A stretch of DNA of 64,000 bases from Candidatus Falkowbacteria bacterium (GTDB lineage Bacteria; Patescibacteriota; Patescibacteriia; JAACEG01): the NCBI GenBank assembly GCA_018651725.1, contig JABIDK010000005.1, positions 64 to 64,063 on the forward strand, given 5' to 3'. Every line of letters starts with the position of its first letter. The stretch's first letter is position 1. Both the position numbers and the translations under genes were made by a program. Under the pieces are notes generated by a model. It was not told the origin of the DNA, searched no databases, and worked only from the letters and a program-made list of their open reading frames with translations. Shown here in pieces: positions 48,701 through 58,081 of this stretch.

Positions 48701-51101
48701 AGGTACCACTTATTATTTCAGAGTTAATTCAACCGATAGCGATGGTAATACCGGTACCGGTGCTGGAACAAACTTTGACACCACCGCTGGACCAAGTATT
48801 ACCTTTGTTAAGGCTACCGACGAAACAGTAACTCAAACTACTGCAACCATTACCTGGTCAACAGACCTTGAAACAGATGGAAGGGTAGTTTATTCAGTAA
48901 ACGATGATATGTCCCATCCAATTACCGTCGCTACCACTACATTAAAAACAGCCCATGAAATTGTTCTTAACGACTTAACTTTAAATAGTACTTATTATTA
49001 CTATCTCCAATCAACCGACGCAGAAGGTAATATCGCTACAGACAACAACAGCGGAAGCTATTGGCCTTTATCAACTTCAGACGACACAACTGATCCGGAA
49101 ATCATAGAATATTCAGTAGTAACCTCAACCAGTACAGCTACAATTACATGGAAAACCGATGAATTGTCAACCAGTAGAGTAAGGTATGATTCAGACAGTA
49201 ACTATAGCGAAGATTCAAGTTTAGATAGTGGTCCTGACGAAGATACAACCTATACGATTAGTCATTCAGTTGTGCTAACCGGATTAACACATAATACCAA
49301 CTATTGGTTTAATATGTTATCTAATGATGCGAGAAATAACGGAACTCCGTCAGATGCTTATAGTTTTGTAACTATTCCGGATGTTGTTGCCAGTTGTCCG
49401 GCTTGTCCGCCATGTCGAAGCGGTGGCGGAGGACAGGTTTGTCCAAAAGTTGATACAACTGCTCCAAGTATTTCAATGATAAATATTCAAGATTTAACTC
49501 ACACTAGCGCTAAAATTGCTTGGAAAACCAATGAAAATGCCACTTCTATTATTAATTACGGATTATTTGATTCCACAGAAAATTCAGTTAATAACAGAAA
49601 TAGCTTAACAGCGCTTACCATGGATCATCTAGTGTCTTTAGATAATCTTCTCCCGCAAACTACCTACTATTATCAACTTGCCTCTCGCGATAAATCAGGT
49701 AACTTGGCAATTTCAGATAATTTTACCTTCCAAACCAAAACTTTGAGTGAAGGACTTCTTGAAAAAACTAAAGAAGACTTAAAAGAAATTGATTCTCTTG
49801 AGGCAAGATTGGACGCTATTAAAGAAGAAAAAGACGAAGAGAAAAGAGCTGTTCAGGAGAGAGAAGCTAATAGTTTATTGTTATCAAGTTTGAATAAAGT
49901 AAATCAAATCGTGCAAAAGTTTAAAGGATATATCTCAGTTGATACCTTGGAGTTATCTCTAAAAGACAGTCTTTCTAATATTGAAAAGCTTGTACCTTCT
50001 CCAACACTAGAAGGAATTCCAATGATTGAAGTTGAAGAAGATAAGGTAACTATTTCTTGGGGAACCAACAAAGGCTCCAATTCAGTTGTTCTGTTTGTAC
50101 CAGAAGAGGAGTATACTCCAACTAGTCAGAATCCATATATCTATCAAACAGGAAGCACCGGTGCTATGACCACGGATCATAAAGTAGTTATTCCAAATTT
50201 GGCTCCGGGAACAACTTATCACTTCCAGGTTCAAAGTAAGGCTCCGATTGGTCCGGAGGTAACTTCAGAGAATTTGACATTTACCACTTTAAAGGAAATC
50301 CCTAAGGTAACTGTTTCTCAGATTATACAAATTACAGACAACACCGCTACTATCGCTTGGGAGACAAATACACCAACCGATTCTTTGATAAGGTATATTC
50401 CTTATGACGAAGAAGAAGAAAGATACGACGATGAAAGAGCTCAGATTCAAGGTAAAGTGGAGCTTGTAAAAAATCATGTTCTAACAATTGAAAACCTTGT
50501 TCCGGGAACTACTTACGGCTTAACTATCGAAGGCAGAGATGAGCTTGGTCAAACTCTAATTTACGATATGGGTGAACTAAATACCTCAAAAGACATTCGT
50601 TCTCCAGAAATAATGAACGTTAAAACTGAGTCTTCTATTTTAGCCGGCAAAGAATCAAAAATTCAAACCATCATTTTCTGTAGCACCGACGAAGATTCTA
50701 CCAGTCAAATAATATTTGCTGAATCCCACAATAACGAAAAATTAAACGAAGAAAATATTATAAAGGCTCTAGAAGAAGAAAAACAGCACCAGGAATTAAT
50801 AGAAAATGATGGAATAGGAGCTCAAGCAAAAGACGATAAACAAATTTTTAGCTCGGATTCAACTGGTTTAAGCGTTGCTAAGTTAAACAAAGCTTTGTCT
50901 AAAAAGCACATTACGGTTTTAACCAACTTTAAATCAAGCACAGCCTACGCTTTCCGAATTATCTCGGTTGATCCATCTGGTAACAGAACTATTTCAGAAA
51001 AATATGTTCTTCTAACCCCGGAACAGTCCGAAACAGTAATTGATATGATTATTAAAACCTTCGAAACAAGATTTAGTTGGCTAGGAAAATTTAAACAATA
51101 G
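45747..51101 (+). CDS. giant secreted protein (1784 aa) with ~10 FN3/PKD-like repeats, a Cys-rich linker and a coiled-coil segment
   Basis: Signal peptide FLAIFIFSIFGLLLLASSASA; repeats of form ATITW(K/T)TDExSxSxVxY ... H(S/A)VxLTGLxxxTxYYYxVxSxDxxGN; CPACPPCRSGGGGQVCPK; EARLDAIKEEKDEEKRAVQEREA. Confidence 0.8.
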   Translation: MITYFKKQKANFLAIFIFSIFGLLLLASSASANVTGSGTYVSSIEPIGFPVQWGDMTWTVANGGTFTIKVRSCDDASCSGETAIASCPNFYSGSASGSADITSNGCVSDGDDYVQYQVYFSKSFSESSSTSQPTLTVMNIAYASYTIGASTLTSSKYEASTGNVMGGVGWDEDTTLPDGTEVAIYLKTAATEGGLDSATWYGVATSTPPSTVTSGCTKVSGTVSCNSTVIPESMITGGDDDWFQYKIKLVSDGANTPTVDEIIITYVVNAPPAFDSGYENSGVGASQGSDGQITIAYSVKDEDTTSGNYNGYVEPTYYYSLNGGSSWTEITSGLSANATTNKTVVEGSYTEHNGITWNPKSMIDDNYSATAQIKVSVFDGEAANHTAEQASASFTLDTTDPAPGATPIIIKATSTPAVLTISATDNSSFQMKVGLVYNGTDDITDASWESYAASDTISLASDPDTVYVLFKDAYSNTSTVASLASIETPSYMMIQDTTNLSIPEYREFVSWKVVTGAADFAEYRVLRSESEASGYSIIRRETDRLINSYVDTSVVFDDLYYYKVAHVDNNGNTSYLTSAISGKANGVQDFGEGGGGTSGDAPNIDETLGTGKFEVTNINSTSATINWETTDSFGSDSVVEYVTVIGGDFDDAPSQGVATVANTAAALGKHSITLTGLEKDTVYYIRIRSTNPTSNLSDTYKYGQNGLDFETDDGPIISAVSHGTPTASGATVTWTTDKSADSYVYYSESSDMSGKLRVGSDTLTTSHSVDLAGLTLNTTYYYYIVSADSEANTDTWDITDNGGSEYPNFTTANDTIDPIITVDPTVIYTTSTATVVWTTDETSYSKVYYATDTYYTGNGSTYSDETTWTSVLTRNHAVNLVDLTPGVTYHYQVESKDGSTNENTSTPSTDATFVLTGVATSISSVAVSGETSSGATITWTTGEASDSVVEYNTVGASNENFVNAPSQGKAESVTSHSVTLTGLSAGTTYYFRVNSTDSDGNTGTGAGTNFDTTAGPSITFVKATDETVTQTTATITWSTDLETDGRVVYSVNDDMSHPITVATTTLKTAHEIVLNDLTLNSTYYYYLQSTDAEGNIATDNNSGSYWPLSTSDDTTDPEIIEYSVVTSTSTATITWKTDELSTSRVRYDSDSNYSEDSSLDSGPDEDTTYTISHSVVLTGLTHNTNYWFNMLSNDARNNGTPSDAYSFVTIPDVVASCPACPPCRSGGGGQVCPKVDTTAPSISMINIQDLTHTSAKIAWKTNENATSIINYGLFDSTENSVNNRNSLTALTMDHLVSLDNLLPQTTYYYQLASRDKSGNLAISDNFTFQTKTLSEGLLEKTKEDLKEIDSLEARLDAIKEEKDEEKRAVQEREANSLLLSSLNKVNQIVQKFKGYISVDTLELSLKDSLSNIEKLVPSPTLEGIPMIEVEEDKVTISWGTNKGSNSVVLFVPEEEYTPTSQNPYIYQTGSTGAMTTDHKVVIPNLAPGTTYHFQVQSKAPIGPEVTSENLTFTTLKEIPKVTVSQIIQITDNTATIAWETNTPTDSLIRYIPYDEEEERYDDERAQIQGKVELVKNHVLTIENLVPGTTYGLTIEGRDELGQTLIYDMGELNTSKDIRSPEIMNVKTESSILAGKESKIQTIIFCSTDEDSTSQIIFAESHNNEKLNEENIIKALEEEKQHQELIENDGIGAQAKDDKQIFSSDSTGLSVAKLNKALSKKHITVLTNFKSSTAYAFRIISVDPSGNRTISEKYVLLTPEQSETVIDMIIKTFETRFSWLGKFKQ

Positions 51102-51273
51102 AATCGTAGTCGAAAGCCTATATTAAAACACGCCGCTAATTTTAGCGGCGTGTTTTGTATTTTGTAAGTATATGGTATAATGGGTTTAGAATATAGTCAG
51201 TCAGAGGCTGATCAGTCTCTGACTGAAATATAGAATATTTTAATCATTAAATAAGCTAGTAAAGCTAATTTTT

Positions 51274-51903
51274 ATGCCTATTCCTAAAAAAATTATTAAT
51301 TTTCTAGATAAACATGACATTGGTTATGAAATTTTAGAACATAAGACCGTTTATACGGCTTTTGATGCAGCTCAAACCATGGGTAAAAAATTAAGTGAAA
51401 TCGCTAAAACTCTGGCAGTTAAAGTTGATAAAAAATATGTTTTAGTGGTTGTGCCTGCTAGTCATAAAATTAATTTTGATAAATTAAAAAAACTTTTAAA
51501 AGCCAAGAAAATCACCATAGTAAAAGAAGTGGATATTAAAAATATTTTTAAGGTTAAGCCAGGCACATTACTTCCTTTTGGCGTTTTTCATAAAATACCG
51601 GTGTTCATTGACAAGACTCTCTTGAAAAGTAAAGTAGTAATAGTAAGCGCTGGAAGTTATACGCAGTCTTTAAAGCTAAAAGCAAAAGATTTAATAGAGC
51701 ATGGCGCCGAGACATTAACAATTTTCTCCAAAGCGCATAAATTTAAAAAGCAAAAAATAACTAAACCAAAAAAACCAGTCAAGAAAACAGTAACTAAAAA
51801 GAAATGCGCTAGGAAGCCATGTAAGGAAAAAACAACCGTACGAAAAAAATGTGTTAGAAAACCGAAAAAGAAGTGCGTTAAAAAACCAATAAAAAAGAAA
51901 TAA
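51274..51903 (+). CDS. YbaK/ProX-like aminoacyl-tRNA deacylase domain fused to a Lys/Cys-rich C-terminal tail
   Basis: ILEHKTVYTAFDAAQTMG ... KTLAVKVDKKYVLVVVPASHKINFDKL; tail KKCARKPCKEKTTVRKKCVRKPKKKCVKKPIKKK. Confidence 0.6.
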   Translation: MPIPKKIINFLDKHDIGYEILEHKTVYTAFDAAQTMGKKLSEIAKTLAVKVDKKYVLVVVPASHKINFDKLKKLLKAKKITIVKEVDIKNIFKVKPGTLLPFGVFHKIPVFIDKTLLKSKVVIVSAGSYTQSLKLKAKDLIEHGAETLTIFSKAHKFKKQKITKPKKPVKKTVTKKKCARKPCKEKTTVRKKCVRKPKKKCVKKPIKKK

Positions 51904-51931
51904 AATGATTGTTTACATGTTTAAATGATAT

Positions 51932-52627
51932 ATGTTAAAAGTTAAATTTGATCAATTCGAAGGACCTCTTGATCTTTTACTGAAATTAATCAAAAATGAA
52001 AAGTTGGACATAACTCAAATATCGTTAGTTCATATTACGGATCAATATTTAAGTTATGTTGGGAAAATAGAGAAAATAGCCCCTCAAGAAGTGGCTGATT
52101 TTTTATTAGTAGCCGCTAAGCTCTTGCATTTAAAGTCCAAAGTTTTATTGCCGGAGATAGAAGACGAAGAAGACGAAGAAGATTTTTTAAAGCAAATTAA
52201 AATTTATAAAGAATATCTTGATGCCTCTAAAAAAATAAATAAAATTTTAAATAAAAAAAGATTTTTATTTTCCAGAAACAGTAATATAAAAAAACAAGTA
52301 TTTTTTTCTCCACCAAAAATGATTACCACAGAAAAAATAAAAGAAGTTTTTAATGATTTTCTTGCTAGGTTTATAAAAGATGTTGACAATATAGAAGAAG
52401 ATAAAATAACAAGAAGAATTTCTATTCAAGATAAAATAAAAGAAATAAATCACTTGATAAAAAATAAAAAACAGTTTATTCTAAATTATATTTTCAACTC
52501 TTCCACTCCCAAGGAAGAAAAGGTGGTTAGTTTTTTAGCTGTTTTGGAAATAGTCAGAAAAGGAGAAGTCTTAGTCGGTCAAAAAGAGCTATTTTCCGAA
52601 ATTGTAGTTGCTAGACCTGTTACATAA
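51932..52627 (+). CDS. scpA: segregation and condensation protein A
   Basis: FEGPLDLLLKLIKNEKLDITQISLVHITDQYL. Confidence 0.85.
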   Translation: MLKVKFDQFEGPLDLLLKLIKNEKLDITQISLVHITDQYLSYVGKIEKIAPQEVADFLLVAAKLLHLKSKVLLPEIEDEEDEEDFLKQIKIYKEYLDASKKINKILNKKRFLFSRNSNIKKQVFFSPPKMITTEKIKEVFNDFLARFIKDVDNIEEDKITRRISIQDKIKEINHLIKNKKQFILNYIFNSSTPKEEKVVSFLAVLEIVRKGEVLVGQKELFSEIVVARPVT

Positions 52628-52766
52628 TAAGCTATTACTGCAATCCCCATATTTTGGTAAATTTCTTTGTAAAATTTTTGCTTATGCCTTAGTATAGGCC
52701 AAAAATTTTACAAAGAAATTTCCTCAAAATCTGGAAATTTTGTAATATAGCTTATTATGTAATAGA
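52617..52766. repeat. MITE-like nested inverted repeat between scpA and scpB
   Basis: Outer arms TGTTACATAATAAGCTATTA (52619-52638) and its complement TAATATAGCTTATTATGTAA (52745-52764); inner ~24-bp stem GGTAAATTTCTTTGTAAAATTTTTG / CAAAAATTTTACAAAGAAATTTCC. Confidence 0.6.
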
Positions 52767-52786
52767 TCTAGTAAACATTAATTTTT

Positions 52787-53335
52787 ATGCAAAATTTAAA
52801 ATCAAAAATTGAAAGTCTTTTATTTGTTTCCGGCAAGTCTTTATCAGCAGGAAAAATCGCTAGGTTTGTGGAAGAAGAAAAAAGCTTAGTTAAAAAAGTC
52901 TTAAAAGAACTTACAGAAGAATATAAAAACAGTAATCGCGGAATAACTATAGTTAAAAATTTAATGAGTTTTGAGATGACTACCAGTTCAGAGAACTCTG
53001 AAATTGTAAAAGAGTTTTTAAAGGATGAAACTTCCGGAGAATTAACCGGACCATCTCTTGAAACTTTGACAGTTATTGCTTATCGCGGACCAATCTCGAA
53101 ACCGGAACTTGAACAGATTAGAGGAGTAAATTGCAGTTTGATTTTAAGAAATTTAACAATAAGAGGTTTGGTCGTAGTAAAAAATAAAAATGACCTTGAA
53201 GATAAAGAAAAAATATTATTATCAAACGAAAAATATTATATTATTACATCGGAGTTTTTAAAATTTCTAGGCATCAGCTCCGTAGAGGATTTGCCTGATT
53301 ACGAAAAGTTAAGTCAAGAAAATTTTGAAAATTAG
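52787..53335 (+). CDS. scpB: segregation and condensation protein B
   Basis: IESLLFVSGKSLSAGKIA ... LETLTVIAYRGPISKPELEQIRGV. Confidence 0.85.
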   Translation: MQNLKSKIESLLFVSGKSLSAGKIARFVEEEKSLVKKVLKELTEEYKNSNRGITIVKNLMSFEMTTSSENSEIVKEFLKDETSGELTGPSLETLTVIAYRGPISKPELEQIRGVNCSLILRNLTIRGLVVVKNKNDLEDKEKILLSNEKYYIITSEFLKFLGISSVEDLPDYEKLSQENFEN

Positions 53336-53340
53336 AAATT

Positions 53341-54210
53341 TTGCCTATGCCCTACATTTTAATTTTAGCGATATTTTTAAACGCCTTGATCCCTGTAAAT
53401 ACTCAAGATACAAGTGAGCTTCCTTCTAAAATTAACAGTGAGAGTGTGGGAATTTCAGTAACAGCTAAAAGTGCACTAGTAATAGATAAAAAAAGTAATA
53501 AAATATTGTTTTCAAAAAATAAAGACAAAGTTTTATCTATTGCCAGTATTACAAAGCTGATGTCAGCTTTGGTTTTGTTAGATCGAAATTTAGATTGGTC
53601 AGATCATGTTGTAATAGAAAAGCAAGATAGAAAAGAAGGAGGACGAATTTATTTAGGCTATGGAGAAACAGTTACAGTAGAAGATTTATTTAATTTAGGG
53701 TTGATTGCTTCAGACAACCAAGCTATAACCGCGTTAGTAAGAGCAAGTGGATTAACAGAAGATGAGTTTGTTGATTTAATGAATGAAAAATCTTTAGAGA
53801 TTCAAATGAAAAACAGTAAATTCTTTGATCCCACCGGACTTGATCCGCGTAATGTTTCAACTTCTTTAGATTTGGTTATACTTGCTAAAGAAGTTTTCGA
53901 GAGAGAGGAGCTAACAAACATATTAAGCAAAAAAGAGTATTCTTTAAAAGAAATTAAAACAAAAAGATTTATTAGGATTTTTTCCACCAATAAATTTTTC
54001 GATTTTACAGATAAAAAAAGTGAATATTTACTGCTAGCCGGTAAAACAGGATATTTAGATGAAGCAGGTTATTGTTTTTTATCGCAATTTAAAGATTCTC
54101 AAGGCAACGAAGTTATTACAGTTATCCTAGGGAGTAATAGTGGTAAAACACGCTTTCAAGAAACAAAAGGATTAATTTGGTGGATTTTTAATAATTGGAG
54201 TTGGGAGTAA
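53341..54210 (+). CDS. dacA: D-alanyl-D-alanine carboxypeptidase (peptidase S11, PBP5-like)
   Basis: SxxK SITKLMS, SDN, KTGYLDEAG; N-terminal signal/anchor. Confidence 0.8.
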   Translation: MPMPYILILAIFLNALIPVNTQDTSELPSKINSESVGISVTAKSALVIDKKSNKILFSKNKDKVLSIASITKLMSALVLLDRNLDWSDHVVIEKQDRKEGGRIYLGYGETVTVEDLFNLGLIASDNQAITALVRASGLTEDEFVDLMNEKSLEIQMKNSKFFDPTGLDPRNVSTSLDLVILAKEVFEREELTNILSKKEYSLKEIKTKRFIRIFSTNKFFDFTDKKSEYLLLAGKTGYLDEAGYCFLSQFKDSQGNEVITVILGSNSGKTRFQETKGLIWWIFNNWSWE

Positions 54211-54295
54211 TGGTTGATTTATATTTATTTTTTTGATAAGATAATAATACAAAAGACGCAGTATTCAAGTATTCTAAATTCTATATTTTAAAAGC

Positions 54296-54790
54296 ATGTT
54301 TGATATAAATTTTGTTGAAACATTCAAGGGTCTTCCACCGGAAATTGCCACTTTCTTTATTTCCATGATACCGATTGCAGAGCTACGGGCTTCAATACCG
54401 ATTGCACTTACTGTCTATAAACTATCTATTTTTTCAGCAATATTTTTTTCTGTAATAGGAGAAATGATCCCGGTATTTTTAATTTTAACTGTATTACGGG
54501 GAGTATATTCTTTTGTCGAAAAGTATAATTTACCAGGCAAAAGATTATTTGATTGGTTTTTCAAAAGAACAAAACATAAATTTGAAGGTAAATATGAAAA
54601 ATATGGAAGTCTAGCCTTGATTTTATTTGTTGCCATACCACTTCCTTTTTCCGGAACTTGGTCCGGGTCTGTGGCAGCTTTTCTTTTTCGCATACCTTTT
54701 GTAAAAGCATTTTTATTAATTTTAACGGGTGTTATGTTGTCAGCTGGAATTGTTACTTTGTTAACTTTAGCCGGCGTGGCAATTTTTTAA
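54296..54790 (+). CDS. small membrane protein (COG2426 / small-multidrug-export-like)
   Basis: Four TM segments, 164 aa. Confidence 0.45.
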   Translation: MFDINFVETFKGLPPEIATFFISMIPIAELRASIPIALTVYKLSIFSAIFFSVIGEMIPVFLILTVLRGVYSFVEKYNLPGKRLFDWFFKRTKHKFEGKYEKYGSLALILFVAIPLPFSGTWSGSVAAFLFRIPFVKAFLLILTGVMLSAGIVTLLTLAGVAIF

Positions 54791-54803
54791 AAATTATACT
54801 CTT

Positions 54804-55571
54804 ATGAAAAAAACTTACATTATTGCTAACTGGAAAATGCAACTGGGCGTGGAAAAAAGTGTAGAACTTTTTTCCCAAATTGTGTCAAATTTTCCGGAAA
54901 AAAATAAAACAGAGGTAGTTGTTTGCCCTGCTTATACTTCTCTTCAAAAAGTTAATGAATTAAATAAAGATAAGATAGTTAAGCTTGGTGCACAAGATGT
55001 TTTTTGGGAAGAATCCGGTGCTTATACCGGAGAAATTTCTTGTGAAATGTTAAAAGAAATTGGTTGTGAATATGTTATTATCGGTCATTCAGATAGAAGA
55101 AAATATTTTAAAGAAGATGATGAAATTATTCATCACAAAGCTAAAACAGCGCTGAAATGTTCTTTGGTTCCAATTGTATGTGTTGGAGAGACTTTTCAGG
55201 AGCGTCAAGAAGGCAGAAAAGATTATGCTATTATCAGTCAGGTGACAAAAGCCCTTTCCGGCATAAAGCCTGTTGGAAATAATAAAATAATTATTGCTTA
55301 TGAACCTGTTTGGGTGATAGGTTCCGGTCAGGCTATTAACGCTGAGGAAGCAGAGCATATGCATCAAGTTATCAGGCAAACTATTGTTGATTTATTCGGA
55401 GTAAGTATAATGGAAAAAAACTTTAAAATTATTTACGGTGGCAGTATAAGTAAAAAAATAGTTAAAACTTTTTTAATCCAGCCTAATATTGACGGAGTTT
55501 TAGTTGGAGGAGCCAGCCTAAAACCACAAGAATTCCTAGGAATAATAGAAGAAGCCATTAGTATTAAATAA
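54804..55571 (+). CDS. tpiA: triosephosphate isomerase
   Basis: IIANWKM, AYEPVWVIGSGQ, IIYGGS. Confidence 0.95.
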   Translation: MKKTYIIANWKMQLGVEKSVELFSQIVSNFPEKNKTEVVVCPAYTSLQKVNELNKDKIVKLGAQDVFWEESGAYTGEISCEMLKEIGCEYVIIGHSDRRKYFKEDDEIIHHKAKTALKCSLVPIVCVGETFQERQEGRKDYAIISQVTKALSGIKPVGNNKIIIAYEPVWVIGSGQAINAEEAEHMHQVIRQTIVDLFGVSIMEKNFKIIYGGSISKKIVKTFLIQPNIDGVLVGGASLKPQEFLGIIEEAISIK

Positions 55572-55576
55572 AAACT

Positions 55577-56446
55577 ATGCTTGTCCATATAAAAGAAATA
55601 GTTCCGCATGCTAAAAAGCATGGTTATGCCATCGGAGCTTTTAATACATCTAACTTAGAGGTAACGCTTGCTATTATCAAGGCAGCGGTGACTAAACGGT
55701 CACCTGTTATCATCCAGGTCAGTGAATCTGCCATTCGTTACAGCGGATTAAAGGCTATTACTCATATCGTGGAAACTATTGCTAAAAATGAATCAGTCGA
55801 TGTACCGGTTGCTTTGCATCTTGATCATGGGAAAAGTTTTCATTCAATAGCAGAATGTATCAATGCTGGATTTTCTTCTATTATGATAGATGCCTCTGAT
55901 TTACCGTTTGATGAAAATATGTTTTTAACTAAAAGTGTTGTTGATTATTCACATAAAAGAGAAGCTTGGGTGCAAGGAGAAATTGGTAGACTAATCGGTG
56001 TCGAAGATGACATAGATATAAAAGCAAAAGATGCTCTTTGTACCGACCCCGATGATGCAAAAACTTTTGCGCAAGAAACAGGGGTCGATACACTGGCTGT
56101 TGCAGTCGGTCAATCACATGGAGCGGTTAATCTTCGGCAAGGAAAATCAGAAAAAATTAATATTAAACAACTTGAAAAAATAAATAAAAAAGTTAAAGTT
56201 CCTTTAGTGTTACACGGAGCCTCTGATATAGCTGAAAATCAAATTAAAGAAGCGGTTAAACTCGGTGTTTCAATAGTTAATATTGATACTGAAATTAGAA
56301 TGGCTTTTTCAAGGTCAATTAGAAAAGTTCTTAAGGAGAACAAAGACATGATAGACCCAAGAAAAATATTAACACCTGTTATGGATGAAATACAAAAGGT
56401 TGTTGAAAATAAAATAAAAATGTTCGGTAGTGAAAATAAAGCATAA
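55577..56446 (+). CDS. fba: fructose-bisphosphate aldolase class II
   Basis: YAIGAFNTSNLE, VALHLDHG, VLHGASD. Confidence 0.9.
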   Translation: MLVHIKEIVPHAKKHGYAIGAFNTSNLEVTLAIIKAAVTKRSPVIIQVSESAIRYSGLKAITHIVETIAKNESVDVPVALHLDHGKSFHSIAECINAGFSSIMIDASDLPFDENMFLTKSVVDYSHKREAWVQGEIGRLIGVEDDIDIKAKDALCTDPDDAKTFAQETGVDTLAVAVGQSHGAVNLRQGKSEKINIKQLEKINKKVKVPLVLHGASDIAENQIKEAVKLGVSIVNIDTEIRMAFSRSIRKVLKENKDMIDPRKILTPVMDEIQKVVENKIKMFGSENKA

Positions 56447-56450
56447 AAAT

Positions 56451-57344
56451 ATGTACGATATTATTCCATTTTCAATTATAATTATAAGTTTAGCGATAAT
56501 TTTATTTATTGTGGTTAGAAAATTCCCAGCTCTTTCCTCCGTTGATATTGATTCTTTGTCAGAAGAAAAGCAAAGTAAGCTTCATGAGCAAATAGTAATA
56601 AGCAGAATAAAAAACAGATTTAAGAAAATAGTTAGTTCCAAAAAAATCTCTTTTTTAACAAAGCCAGGTATTTTTTTGAAAAATAATTTTAGATTGTTAT
56701 ATAAAAAGCTTTTAAATTTAGAAAAGAAATATAAGTTTTCTAAAACAAAAATCAAAGAAATTACAGATAAAGAGATATATAAAAGAGAAGACGCCTTGAC
56801 TGAAGCGCAAACTTTATTGAAAGATAACAACCTTGATTTGGCTGAGAAAAAATTTGTTGAAGCTTTAAATTTGGATCCTCAAAACATAAAAGCCTATGAA
56901 GGACTTAGTGAAATCTATATGAAGTTAGATCAAGACGACCAGGCAATTGAGGTCTTAAATCATATAATAAAAATAGAAGAAAATAATAGCCAAGCGTATT
57001 TTAAATTAGGACAAATAAATTTTAATCAAGGAGACATTAAAGAAGCAAGAGAATATTATTTAAAGGCTGTTAAATTTAAGCCACATTATCCTCCAATATT
57101 ACTCGCCCTTGCTAATGTTTGTCAGTCGCTTGAATTTAATGAGGAAGCTTTGTCTTACTTAAAAGAGGCAGTCACCATAGAGTCTGGAAATCCAAAATAT
57201 TTAGACAGATTAATAGAGCTTAGTATTATTTTAAAAGATAAAAATTTAGCTGAAACTAGTTTAAGTAAACTGAAAGAAATAAATCCTGAAAATAAAAAAA
57301 TAAACGAGTATAAAGATAAAATAGAGAATAAACTTGTTACATAA
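56451..57344 (+). CDS. TPR-repeat protein with N-terminal membrane anchor
   Basis: TM IIPFSIIIISLAIILFIVV, then repeated A..Y..G......A......P degenerate TPR units. Confidence 0.6.
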   Translation: MYDIIPFSIIIISLAIILFIVVRKFPALSSVDIDSLSEEKQSKLHEQIVISRIKNRFKKIVSSKKISFLTKPGIFLKNNFRLLYKKLLNLEKKYKFSKTKIKEITDKEIYKREDALTEAQTLLKDNNLDLAEKKFVEALNLDPQNIKAYEGLSEIYMKLDQDDQAIEVLNHIIKIEENNSQAYFKLGQINFNQGDIKEAREYYLKAVKFKPHYPPILLALANVCQSLEFNEEALSYLKEAVTIESGNPKYLDRLIELSIILKDKNLAETSLSKLKEINPENKKINEYKDKIENKLVT

Positions 57345-57348
57345 TTTT

Positions 57349-58047
57349 ATGCAGAAAGATTTTACAAAGTTAGAGAAAATTTTAGGAGTTAAATTTAAGG
57401 AAAAAGATTTGTTACACCAAGCTTTTGTTCATCGTTCATATTTGAATGAGAATCCAAAGTTTAAACTTGGGCATAATGAAAGATTGGAATTTTTAGGAGA
57501 CGCTGTTTTAGAATTGGCTGTCACAGAGTATTTATTTAAAAAATTTCCAAATGAAGACGAAGGCAGACTCACTAATCTAAGGGCCAGTATGGTCAATACT
57601 AATATGTTGGCGATACTGTCTGATGAACTTGGATTGAATAACTTTTTATTATTAAGCAAAGGAGAGTCAAAAGACGAAAATAAAAAAGCGCGTGAATCTA
57701 TTTTAGCTAATGTGTTTGAGGCAACGTTAGGAGCGGTTTATTTAGATCAAGGTTTTAAAGTAGCACAAAAGTTTTTAAATAAAATTTTTGATAAAAAAAT
57801 CCCTTATATTGTTAAAGAGGAACTTTACTTGGACCCAAAAAGTAGATTTCAAGAAATTTCTCAAGAAAAGTGCGCTGTTACCCCTCATTATAATGTTTTA
57901 AAAGAAGAAGGTCCTGATCACGATAAAATTTTTACAATCGGGGTTTACATAGGAGAAGATCTTATTGCTAAAGCCAAGGGCAGTAGTAAGCAAATAGCAC
58001 AAGTGGAAGCAGCTAAAAAAGGACTAAAGAAAAAGAGATGGAGCTAA
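57349..58047 (+). CDS. rnc: ribonuclease III
   Basis: ERLEFLGDAVLELAVTEYL, dsRBD at C-terminus. Confidence 0.9.
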   Translation: MQKDFTKLEKILGVKFKEKDLLHQAFVHRSYLNENPKFKLGHNERLEFLGDAVLELAVTEYLFKKFPNEDEGRLTNLRASMVNTNMLAILSDELGLNNFLLLSKGESKDENKKARESILANVFEATLGAVYLDQGFKVAQKFLNKIFDKKIPYIVKEELYLDPKSRFQEISQEKCAVTPHYNVLKEEGPDHDKIFTIGVYIGEDLIAKAKGSSKQIAQVEAAKKGLKKKRWS

Positions 58048-58081
58048 AACATTTAAATATCTAAACATTTAAATAAAACTT

